DNA from: Squalus acanthias
Taxonomy: Eukaryota
Direction of reading: 5' to 3'
Assembly: GCA_030390025.1 (NCBI GenBank)
Contig: CM059432.1
Coordinates: 70,310,001-70,374,000 of the forward strand
DNA: 64,000 nucleotides
Below, piece after piece: positions 37,296 through 47,977 of the stretch. The notes beneath the pieces were generated by a model, which made no database searches, was not told the DNA's origin, and was given only the letters and a program-made list of their open reading frames with translations. How positions within the stretch are numbered: the first letter of the stretch is position 1; every line of letters begins with the position of its first letter. A program made the translations under genes and the position numbers.

Positions 37296-38191
37296 GGGGT
37301 AGAAATTAGGTCGCGCCCCATTTGGGGCGCAAATATCGTCCGGACGCAAATTTTAGCGCCTGGCGCTAATTATCGGCACTGACGGGAAACTTCACTTTTA
37401 CCGCCCCGGGAGGTGAGTGGAGCGCTAAAGCAGGCGCTGCACACCTCTCTTAAGGCGCAAAGGCCGAGCAGTGAGGCGCTAACTCGGAGCGCTGGCGAAG
37501 CTCATGTAATGTCAGTCAGCAATGGAACACACACACAATGGCACGGGCCAGTTCTTAAAGGGGATGGTTAATCTTGCTTTCCATCCACATCCTGTTCATT
37601 GCTGCCTTGAATCTCGGCCTGGAGAGACTTGCACATCAAATGTGCTGGGAAAGAACAATGGAGAGCACCAGGCAAAGAGCTCAGAGTGCAGCTCCCACGG
37701 TCTCTGCTAAATCGATACAAGGAATGGCAAATCAAAATGAACCTGCAAAGTGCTGCTCAGTACCCAAAACTCCTTCACACAACGTTGAATCTCTCCAGAA
37801 GTCTCTCCCTCTCTCTCTCAGAATGCGTAGTTCAAAAATGCCACCAACAATAAAAGACAGGAAGAGGCCCCCTTTAAATAGCGCCCCCCCCAGCCCCACA
37901 GCGATTGATAGCGTTCCAGTCTTCTGGTCGTTGGAAGCGCCAGGCGGTAAGGCAGGGGGCGCCACTCAATTTCCGCTACGGGGCGCCCCAAGGGCGTTGC
38001 ACCATGGAATGACGTCACAATCTGCGTGCGCAGGTGGTCGCAGCGGTAAGTTTTAGCGCCGCCGCACAATCTCAAGTTAAGTTCTCGAGCAGCGCAAACA
38101 TCGCTGCGCCCGGGCGTTAGCGGCTTTGCGCCCCATTAGCGCCCTCTTAAGGCACTAACGGGTGGCGCAACCAAGTGAATTTTTACCCCAA
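37296..38191 (+). mobile_element. Harbinger-like non-autonomous element inside the Gypsy 5' LTR
   Basis: TIR GGGGTAGAAATT / AATTTTTACCCC; absent from the 3' LTR; duplication of TT or TTG at the site (exact TSD ambiguous). Confidence 0.85.
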
Positions 38192-38355
38192 TTGCCTTTA
38201 AGGCAGGAGAAAAGGAGTGGGCGGGGCCTCAGGATTTTTCCAGATAATTCTGTGAGGAGTTGTGTTCAGCCATTTTTGACCAGGCAGTTGTATTAAAAAG
38301 TTATGTCCCACACATGGACTTGATCTTAATTCGTGTTTCGCGGCAGCCTCAACAT

Positions 38356-38369
38356 TGGTGACCCCGACG
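38356..38369 (+). promoter_or_regulatory. Primer-binding site complementary to tRNA-Trp
   Basis: TGGTGACCCCGACG, 1 nt after the 5' LTR, complementary to the tRNA-Trp 3' end (...CGUCGGGGUCACCA). Confidence 0.88.
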
Positions 38370-38394
38370 CTCAGAACGTATTCCGAGCACTGCA

Positions 38395-41300
38395 ATGGCG
38401 GACACGAACGCAGTTTCCGTGAAACTGCCGGAGTTTTGGGAAAACCAGCCTGAAGCCTGGTTTCTCCAAGCCGAATCCCGCTTCCGGCTGCAAAACATCA
38501 CCACAGATGGGACGCAGTACGACTACCTCGTCACATCACTCGGTAGCTCCACAGTTTCGAAGGTTTGGACAACGCTGAAGAACCCACCAGAGGAAGGCAA
38601 GTATGCACATCTTAAGGCAGCGCTCCTTAAAAAATTTACGGCCTCGGCATACCAGCGAAACTGCCACCTCCTCGACCTTCCAGGCCTCAGTGATGCCTCA
38701 CCGTCAGACCTCCTCTCCCACATGCTCTCCCTCACCGACGAGAGCCCACCCGGATCCCTCTTCCACACGCTGTTCATCCGCCAGCTACCTCTCAGCATCC
38801 GCCCAGCGATCGTGGCGTCCGGCCTCACGGACCTGGCAGCCCTGGCCGATGAGGCCGACAAGCTGCTGTCCGCTCACTCCAGCTGCAACGTCACTCCGAA
38901 CCTGGCAGCCAATGCCTGGGCGCGCCCCTCACCGGCCACCAAGCAGCCACAAGGAACAGCCACCAGGCCCACGGGGCCTTCGCGCCCCACTAACCCGGGC
39001 CACTGTTACTACCACGCACGGTTCGGCGCCAGGGCACAACGGTGCACACCTCCCTGCTCTTTCCAGTCCGCCCCTGTACCAGCCCCCGCGATGGCCGTGG
39101 GCCACGCGGACTCCCTGCTGTACGTCACGGATGACAAAACCGGCCGCCGGTTCCTGTGCGACACTGGGGCTCAGCACAGCATCATCCCGGCCTCCTCCCT
39201 TGACATCCAAAAGGGCGAACGAGGACCGGCGCTGGCTGCTGCTAACGGCTCGGAAATCCAGACGTACGGTACCCGCACAGTCACCCTCTAACTCGCTGGT
39301 CGCCGCTACCGATGGGAGTTCATCACTGCCAAGGTGCTCTCCCCTCTCATCGGCGCAGATTTCCTGTGCACCCACGGCCTACTGGTAGAAATCCCTCGTC
39401 ACCGCCTCGTGGACATGAACACCATGTCCCCCATCCTGGGCGCCATGGCCCCCCGTCAACCTGCCGACATGGCGTCACAGTGCCACGCCCGGGCCACGGA
39501 TGACTACTCGGCACTCCAAGCCGAATTCCCGGCCCTTACCAATCCGACCTTCTCCGCGGAGGCCGCCAAACACGGGGTGGAACACTTCATCCCCACCACA
39601 GGCCCCCCAGTGTACGCCCACGCCCGCAGGCTGGACCCGGCCAAACTGGAGATCGCACGGACCGAGTTTGCCACCATGGAACAGCTCGGCATCATCTGCC
39701 GCTCCAAAAGACCCTGGGCCTCCCCACTCCACATCGCCCCCAAACCAGGCGGGGGTTGGCGCCCCTGCGGGGATTACCGCTGCCTCAACGACGCCACCAC
39801 CCCGGATCGGTACCCCGTGCCGCACATTCAGGACTTCTCGGCTAGACTGGCCGGCCGCTCAGTCTTTTCCAAGGTCGACCTGGTGCGCGGCTACCACCAA
39901 GTCCCCGTCCACCCCGCGGACGTCCCCAAGACAGCCGTAATCAACCCCTTCGGCCTGTTCGAGTTCCTGCGGATGCCCTTCGGCCTCAAAAACGCAGCCC
40001 AGGCATTCCAACGGCTCATGGACTCGGTCCTTCGGGACCTGAAGTTCCTGTTCGTCTACCTGGACGACATCCTGGTAGCCAGTTCCTCCAAGCAGGAACA
40101 CCTCGAACACCTTCGCATCCTGTTCGGGCGCCTCAGTGACCACGGGCTCATCCTCAGCCCAGCCAAATGCCAGTTCGGCCTGGACAAGAGCGACTTCCTC
40201 AGCCACCACATCACCCATGCTGGGGCCATTCCCCTGCCCACCAAGGTGCAGGCCGTCCAACAATTTCCCCGCCCCACCACCATCAAAGGCCTCCAGGAGT
40301 TCCTCGGGATGGTGAATTTCTACAACCGCTTCATCCCCAAAGCGGTGTCCCTCATGAGGCCCCTGTATGAAGCCCTCCGGGGCAGGAGCGGCAAGATGGC
40401 GGTCGAATGGACGGCAGAGCGGCAAGATGGCGGTCGAATGGACGGCAGACGCGTCGGCCGCCTTCGACTCCACCAAGACCGCGCTCGCCAACGCCACCCT
40501 GCTCACGCACCCACGGCCCAATGCCAGGGTAGCGCTCACCACGGACGCCTCCGACCACGCGGTTGGCGCCGTGTATGAGCAGTGGGTCGACAGCGCCTGG
40601 CAACCACTTGCCTTCTTCAGCCGCCAACTACGCCCCCCGGAGGTCAAGTACAGCACCTTCGACCGCGAGCTCCTCGCGCTGTTCCTGGCAGTCCGCCATT
40701 TTCTGTTTTTGCTGGAGGGCCACCCCTTCACTGCATTTGTCGACCACAAGCCCCTGACATTCGCAATGGCAAAGACAACCGACCCCTGGTCCGCCAGGCA
40801 GCAGCGCCAGCTCGCGGCAGTGTCCGAGTTCACCACGGACATCCAACACGTCTCCGGCCGAGACAATGTGGTAGCCGACTGCCTCTCCCGCCCCGCCATC
40901 CACGCCGCACACCTGGCAGTCGACTACGCTCAACTCGCAGCAGACCAGATCACCGACCCTGATCTTTTCTCCACACCTACCAACCTACCAGGGCTACGCC
41001 TGGCCGACGTCGCCTGTGGCCCGACCGCAGTCATGGTCAAGTGCGACATATCCCTATGTCAACTTCGGCCCGTCGTCCCAGCGTCCTGGCACCGCCGGGT
41101 ATACGAGATTCTCCACAACCTCTCCCACCCTGGCGCCCGCGCATCCATCAAATTGGTAGCCAACCGCTTTGTCTGGCGCGGCCTTCGCAAGGATGTGCGT
41201 ACTTGGGCCAACTCCTGCCTAGCCTGCCAACGGGCCAAGGTACAGCAACACACGAAAGCATCCCTCGAGGAGTTTACCGTCCCTTCGCGTAGATTCGACC

Positions 41301-42240
41301 ACATCCACGTGGACATCGTCGGGCCCCTGCCGCCGTCGCAAGGCCACACGCACTTGCTGACGATCGTTGACCGCACCACGCGCTGGCCCAAGGCAATTCC
41401 ACTGACCTCTACCACCACCGCCGACATCGCCAGAGCCTTCGTCAGCACCTGGGTCGCACGGTTCGGCGTCCCCTCCGACATGACGTCGGACAGAGGTCCG
41501 CAATTTACCTCTGAACTCTGGACCGCCGTCGCACGCAATCTCGGGGTGACCATTCACCGCACCACAGCGTACCACCCCCAAGCCAATGGACTGTGTGAGC
41601 AGTTCCACAGATCCTTGAAGGCATCTCTTCGAGCCAGCCTCCAGGACGGCGCCTGGACCGACCGACTTCCGTGGGTCCTCCTCGGCCTGCGCACCGCGGT
41701 TAAAGAAGACCTACATGCATCGGCAGCAGAGCTCGTGTACGGTCAGCCGCTGCGTGTACCCGGCGAGTTCCTGCCCACCGCCACGACACCCTGGTCAGCC
41801 GACCAGCAATGCCACGACTTCGCCTCACCGGCGCTGCAGTTCGCCCCGGTGCCCATTGCCCGACACGGCAAATCCACCTCACACGTCCCACTAAGCCTGC
41901 ACCAGGCACGGTTCGTTTTCGTCCGGCACGACGCCCACCGCGGAACCCTTCAACCCCCGTACGACGGGCCCTACAAGGTGCTACAGGCTGGGGACAAATT
42001 TTTCACCCTGCAAGTGGGCGTCAGGATCGAAAAAGTGTCAGTTGGCTGACTCAAGCCAGCACACTCGGAGTCTGGTGAGCAGGTCCCTGTAGCTCGTCCA
42101 CCGCCACGCGGCCGACCTGCCCTCAAGCCGGTTCACCCGGCTGCTCCACGCCCGGCCGTTCCACGTCCACCGGCGTCCTACAAGAGCTGCTCCGGCCGGC
42201 CCATCAGACCGCCGCACTGTCTCGTCCACACCTCCTAAGC
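38395..42240 (+). pseudogene. Gypsy gag-pol (gag, protease, RT, RNase H, integrase) with three main lesions
   Basis: KLPEFW...PEAWF, CHCC knuckle CYYH-x9-C-x3-C, FLCDTGA, YLDD, TTDAS, HHCC, D,D core (HIHVDIVG, TSDRGPQF, NGLCE), GPY. In-frame TAA at 39289, 31-bp duplication at 40387-40448, TGA at 42047. Confidence 0.93.
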
Positions 42241-43555
42241 GGATTCTGGGGGGAGCTGTGTGGCGGATTGCCACCTAAATGGGCACAATCCACTTTTCCG
42301 TCCGTGGACAATATATCGGGCACCTTGCCTTTAAGGCACCTTGCCTTTAAGGCAGGAGAAAAGGAGTGGGCGGGGCCTCAGGATTTTTCCAGATAATTCT
42401 GTGAGGAGTTGTGTTCAGCCATTTTTGACCAGGCAGTTGTATTAAAAAGTTATGTCCCACACATGGACTTGATCTTAATTCGTGTTTTGCGGCAGCCTCA
42501 ACAGTACTCTTAATTTAATACCATTTACCTGTGTGCCAGCTTGTTTTAAATTCTGTGCTGGCTACAGTTACACTTGTCTTTCTCTAAACAGTTGCTCTGA
42601 AGCATGTGAATTGTATTGGCATTTGCAGGAAAGGGCAAACAAACAAGGATTGAGTAGTACCTGATACTAGTGAGACCAAACTGACCTATAAAATGATTAA
42701 ATTAAACTCTGACCAAAAATGCAAGACTAACTTGATGCACAAGTCAGAATCGAGGGCAATATATTTTTCAGTTTACTAAGTTTCCCGAATTTTGCAGTCA
42801 ACGGCGAACAAATGTCGCTCACCGTTCATTATGCTTACAGTTGCGCAGCAACTTACGGTAATTGGAGAGCCATTTCAGCGTGGCGTCTTCTAGAGGGGAT
42901 CTGGGACATGTGTGAACAGGGCAAGCAACAGTCTGTCTCTTCAACCAATCAGGTTGAAGAATCCTACTGAGACGTGCAGGCCTCGAAATTCGGCACCTTA
43001 GCGCAGGCAGTTATGACCGGTTTCCAGAAAAAAAATGGCGGCCGCCTCGCTTCCACCTACTTCCGGCACGGCCCGCGCTGGTGGCCATCTTGGTGAGGGC
43101 CATAGCGCGGGCAGTACATGCCTGCGCCAGCAGTATTCAGATTACGCAGAACGTGACGTTAGTCAGCGTACAACACTGATTTGATGCACAACCTCACATT
43201 TTGGACATCGCCATTCCAAATAACGCCCTTTCCTAAATACGCACAGCTGAACAGAGAGAAGCAAGAGGGGCGCGCACGTGGCTTTGCCAGGATATCGGGC
43301 TTCCCCATGGTGCAGGGCACAATCAATTGCACACACGTGGCTTTGCGGGCGTTGCATATCAATGCTGAGATGTACCGTAACCGCAAAGGCTACCACTCTC
43401 TTAAAGTGCAGTTGGTGTGCGACCATGCCCAGCAAATCATGATGGTCATGATGCCTTCATTCTGCACCAGTCCGCTGTGCCAACAATCTTCCAGTCACCA
43501 TGTCAAACCCAAGGGTGGCTACTCGGAGACAAGGGCTATCTGCACTACACCTGAC

Positions 43556-43776
43556 CGATTCGTTCAGCCCGATTGCCTGCCTCTCTTCCGCGGCCACGTT
43601 CACGCCCGGGTGGCCCTGGAGATGGAGCATGCGGTGTCCGCCGGCACGCTTGAGGCCTTCCGCGACTGGTGGGCGCCGCGGGGCCTGGAGTGCATCATCA
43701 CCCCGGCCAACACAATTTTAATTTAATTTGTTAAGGTTCTTTTAAAGTTATATTAGTTACAGTCTAATAAGAATAG
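43556..43776 (+). mobile_element. 3' end of a Tx1/L1-like LINE
   Basis: Foreign GC-rich C-terminus (DCLPLFRGHVHARVALEMEHAVSAGTLEAFRDWWAP...ILI*) plus an AT-rich UTR, flanked by the 7-bp direct repeat ACCTGAC (43549-43555, 43777-43783). Family assignment is from memory. Confidence 0.7.
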
Positions 43777-43914
43777 ACCTGACTGATAACTCCCCTCCAC
43801 AACCCCACCACTCGTGACCAACAATTATATAATGAGAGCCATGCTGCCACGAGGATCCTCATGGAGCAGACCATCAGGGTGCTCAAGCAATGGTTCCGCT
43901 GCCTTGACCACTCG

Positions 43915-45541
43915 TGTAGAATTCGCAAAATTATCGCGATTTTATAAAATAAGAAGGAGACATAAAGTTTCGTATAAACAGCTTTATTTCAGCAGAATGC
44001 TGTCAGGTTTCAAAACGGACACAAACAGCCTGTAAAATGGCCGCCACGCCTCGTGGCAGAAAGTTCTAGACTTTCAGTAGGCAGACAAGATGGCGTTTCA
44101 ATAAACATTTGTGCAAGATCGAAAAGATCCAACATGATGAGATAATGACAAGACGCGATGGGTTTACACTTTAAACATGAATACTGAAATCGGTCTCCCA
44201 GGTGCAAACAAGGGCTATTGTACTGAGCGATCAAGGACCCATCCAAAGACATTAATATGCAAAATCCCCACGGCTCTACGATGAGAGAGCCGTTTGCGGG
44301 TACTTACAGCAAGCATTTGGAAGCCCCAAAACCCCTCCAGGGAGACTACTAGCCGGTTCCACAATGGGAGAAATATTAACGGGTACTCAGACAGTTACAA
44401 GTGTCACCGAAACCCATTAAAGACTGAGATCACCCCATACAAGAAGTTTGAGCGCCAAAACCCTGACAAAAGATAGACATTAAGATTGGGTGGGAAAAGA
44501 GGAATTACAGCACTATAACTGTAAAGTACAACCGTCCATCTTTCTCTTGCTGCTTTGACTCGCTGGAAGACTGCTGAACTTTTATTCTCTTGCCTGACGG
44601 CTCTGGACTCTGATCTGCTAGGATCAACCTCGTGGCTTGCCGCGAAGATCTGTGGAGAACTGGGCTGTGAGGCCTGGAGGCGGGCGCACCATCCCGAGGA
44701 GTCGGTAAACGGTGTTGGAACCGAAGGCCCGAGAGGAGATGAGATGAGATGAGAAGAGAAGAAGACGACAATACGTATCGCCACGGTCAGTAAGCCCCGA
44801 CCGCGCCTATAAGTCGATTAAACACTTCTTTGAATTCTACCGACTTCTTCACAACTGGCCCGAGAAGACTATTCTTCGAGTTCTACAGGCAACTGGTGTA
44901 GGGCACAGGAAGACTCTTTCTCGAGTGGTGTCCGAACTCCAAAGACCAACACAGATCTTCATGGCAGCAGACGGTCCAGCCTGCTAGCTGGAGCAGAAGC
45001 GAGTAAACAAGTGGGGTACAGAGACCCCTGATCAACACGTGGATAGTCAGGTGCTGCGGTAAAGACATCCGAGCAGAGTTTCGGAATTCTCCGAGTTATC
45101 ACGAGTGGTGAGCATGAGTCTCGATCCTACAAATCTAGATTAGGACAGGTATTGATAGGGGAGGGTTTAAGTTTTAAGGATAATTATAATGTGTGTCCCC
45201 TTTTACGATGTGTCGTGCGCTCCTCGTTTCCCTAAAATTAGTTTCATAACTGTGTGTAAGATTGTACTGTCATTAATCTGTGCTTATGACATGTATCTCG
45301 TAATCTTGAATAATATGCAATAAAGATTTTCCATTTCGCACTGTTCAACCGGGTCTACCTGAGTCTTCTCTGCATTATTGCTCTCGCACCTAAGTCCAGT
45401 GTCAGAACCGTAAGGGCGAGTGGGTCGAACCACTCACAGGTGTCTAGTGTTACCAGGCTGGCTGGAGACCAGAGCAGGCAACAAGGCCTAACCCCGCACT
45501 AGCACCCAGGCTAAGCACAGAGCCACAGGTCACCCCTTATA
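43915..45541 (+). mobile_element. Long solo LTR (about 1627 bp)
   Basis: Starts TGTAG, ends CTTATA (CA changed to TA), TSD CTCG (or ACTCG), AATAAA at 45319-45324, no credible ORF. Removal restores the transposase. Confidence 0.78.
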
Positions 45542-45962
45542 CTCGAGAGGAGCTCCCCAGTACTCACCGGAGCGGGTGTCCTATTTCGTGGTGGTCTGCT
45601 GCATCCTCCACAACTTGACCATCATGAGGGTGCAGCCTTTGCCCCCACAGGTTCCGCAACCACCTCAGGAGGAGGAGGAGAAAGAGGAAGAGGAGGGGAA
45701 GGAAGGAGGCAGACTGCAAATCCTTGTTCTGGACAAGCTGTCTGTGAGTGCATCATCAGACTCCGCTTCCCCTGAATGAAACCCCAGCTCCCCGTTCCTC
45801 AACACTTCCCCACCTTACCATCCTTCTGTCATGGAAGATCACAGCGTCCTCTTGGCCACAATGCTGAAATGCAAGCCACCATAAAACAAACATTCCAAAT
45901 GTAATTTATAAATGATTAATTCCGATATAACATTACCAATTCAAATAATCACGCTTGCGCAT

Positions 45963-47215
45963 TCACTTAGTGCCTTTCTTTCGTGTTCCTTTGCCTATTC
46001 TAGTGCTACCCCAGTGGCTGCAGCATGGCTGGTGGAAGGGTGCTGACTTTCTATGGGGGGAGACTGCAGATGGCCTTGCAGGACGACTTCGAACAGCTCT
46101 GGGCCTAGAAGGCCCGTCTGTAGACTGCACCACCTCGGCATGTGCAACAGCAGTCTGGGCTGGCTGGCTGATAGGCAACTGCAAGGGCAATGGCGGAGTG
46201 GCAGTGGTGGGAGCAGGAATGCAGTCATCCTGGGAGAGGACAGCAGGTTCTTGCTCCACAGAGCCACTGCCACTCTCCCAGCACAGCGCCTCAGCATTCC
46301 TAGCCATCGGTTGAAGAACAGATTGCTGGACTGCTGTGACAGCCCTTTCCATACTCATTAACCCAGTCACAATGGCAGCAGTCTGAGCATTCGTGACATC
46401 AAGCTGAGCCTGCATGAGAGCAAAGTGAGCTTCCGTGGGAGAAGTCTGAGCTTCCAGCGCAGCACTCAGACATTGGGACTCTTCCGCTTGTGCTGCAATG
46501 GAAGCTACAACATTGCCCATCACACCCAGCATCATGGTTAGGTCCACAAGTTCTCTAATGGAGTTGCCCATCGCTTCGATTGCTGGAAATCATGGGTTCC
46601 AAGCTACGCGCAAAGCCCCGTGCAATGTTGGAGCTGGACTCCTCCATGCTCCTTGACAGTGACAAGAGGCTCTCTGGCAGGCCTGCCATTGCACCTAGCA
46701 TTTCAATGTGCATGCCCATCACCCTTCTTCTGAAGGCCGCCCCCATCGAAGTCCTCATCTGAGGCCTGTGCAGCAAAACTCATGTGTGACCTCACCCTCC
46801 AGGGAGCTGGCACCTGCGCTAACCTTTCCCCCAGCCCTGGCTGCAGCCCAGTCATGCCCGGTGACTCACCATGTGCAGATCCCACCTCTATACTATCCTC
46901 TAAATTCCGCGCAGTGCCATTTTCTGAGCTGGTGCCTGGGAGTGTCAGATCGAATGACGGTGCCTCTTCTTCACCATCACTCTCCTCCTCTACGTCTTGC
47001 TGCACAACCTGGGCTGCTGGCAGTTCTTGGGTATATAAAAGGAGAAAGGCACAAAGGTTGGGTTGTGGTGGGGGGCGGGGGGAAAGCAAGATGCCCATGC
47101 ATACACCATCAGCAGCTTGTAAGTGAGAAGAGATTGTGGGATAAGGGGGAAGTGGGATGTGAGAAGAAGGATTAGGTTTGAGCATACCTTCATCAGCAAT
47201 GCTTTCAGCCTTGCC
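45963..47215 (-). pseudogene. Harbinger accessory gene remnant (last exon plus end of preceding exon)
   Basis: Overlapping ORFs 46703.., 46555.. and 45963.. (SMEESSSNIARGF; basic C-terminus GKGTRKK) parallel the 4949-6040 exon (RMEESIANMSRAF). Donor GTATGC near 47186. Confidence 0.7.
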
Positions 47216-47231
47216 CAGGTTTAGACTCTGC

Positions 47232-47977
47232 AGGCTGGATTTTCCAAGCCCCAAGGAGGCGGGCATGGAGGCAGGACAGCCGGTAAATTCGAAGAAAGTG
47301 GGGGCGGATGGCAAAGCCGCCCCCATCCCGCCTCCGTGGTTAACAGGCAGTAAAAAGGATTAGTGCCATTTTACCTTCACAGGCGAAGGCTTCCCGACCT
47401 CGGAGAAGCCCACCAGGTTGGAGGAGACGTGGAGGAGGTCTGCGGCGGTCAGAGGCACCTGGAAGTAAGGTGCAGAGGTGAGTGATGGGTGCAAGTGTGG
47501 AGTGGTAAATATGCAAGGTGAGTGATAAGTTTTAAAAAGTGTTCACTTTGTTTTCTTTCTGCAGCCTTCAGCCGAGGTGGATCGGGAGAGCCAACATGCT
47601 CCTTGTCAATTTCACAGACTGGCTGATGGAACCTCTGTACCAACAGCCATGTGAAATTTACAAATTTGAAAGGTTTGATGAGTCCTGAACACAAGAACTC
47701 ATCAAACTAAAGAGAATGTCAGTGTTTGACAGCTTCACAGAGCTGTCAAATGCTGACATTTCTTCTTTCAAAAAGTCTTGACAGATAGCATGTCTGACGT
47801 TGATGTGATCTGTCAGTGACTTCCTCCCTAATTGGCCTGCTGAGCCCGCAGGGCGGGCTTAACAAGCTCAATCAGGGGAAACTCCCTCTGGTTGGTCGGG
47901 CGAGGATGGAGGCGGGACATTGACACGGCAAGCAACTGTCCCGCCTCCAACTCGCCTCCATTCACAAAATCCAGCCC
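47232..47977 (+). mobile_element. Harbinger-family MITE, copy 3
   Basis: TIRs AGGCTGGATTTT / AAAATCCAGCCC; body homologous to 2092-2930 (gtttgacagct...agctgtcaaa; ccttaattggcctgct-agcccgc). Confidence 0.85.

Larger units (their letters stand above)
37212..42503 (+). mobile_element. Young Gypsy LTR retrotransposon, CsRn1-like lineage
   Basis: 245-bp LTRs TGTGGC...CAACA (5' LTR 37212-38354 split by a MITE; 3' LTR 42259-42503), 4-bp TSD GTAC, tRNA-Trp PBS, PPT ggggggag near 42248-42255. Confidence 0.95.
43200..45778 (+). pseudogene. Harbinger transposase remnant, split at 43556-43776 and 43915-45541
   Basis: GFPMVQGTINCTHVAL...[39 protein letters not shown] [insertion] QYSPERVSYFVVVCCILHNL, acidic tail. 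Confidence 0.85.

Noticed and set aside
39289..39291. Programmed gag-pol stop-codon readthrough
   Set aside because: The TAA falls inside the protease domain (after DTG, before IGADFL), so a nonsense mutation is more likely.
38523..42274. Many long alternative-frame and antisense ORFs over the Gypsy element (for example 39859..40899)
   Set aside because: Expected shadows of GC-rich coding sequence; no recognisable motifs.
43181..43726. Novel 181-aa fusion gene
   Set aside because: Accidental read-through from a broken transposase into an inserted LINE tail bounded by a TSD.
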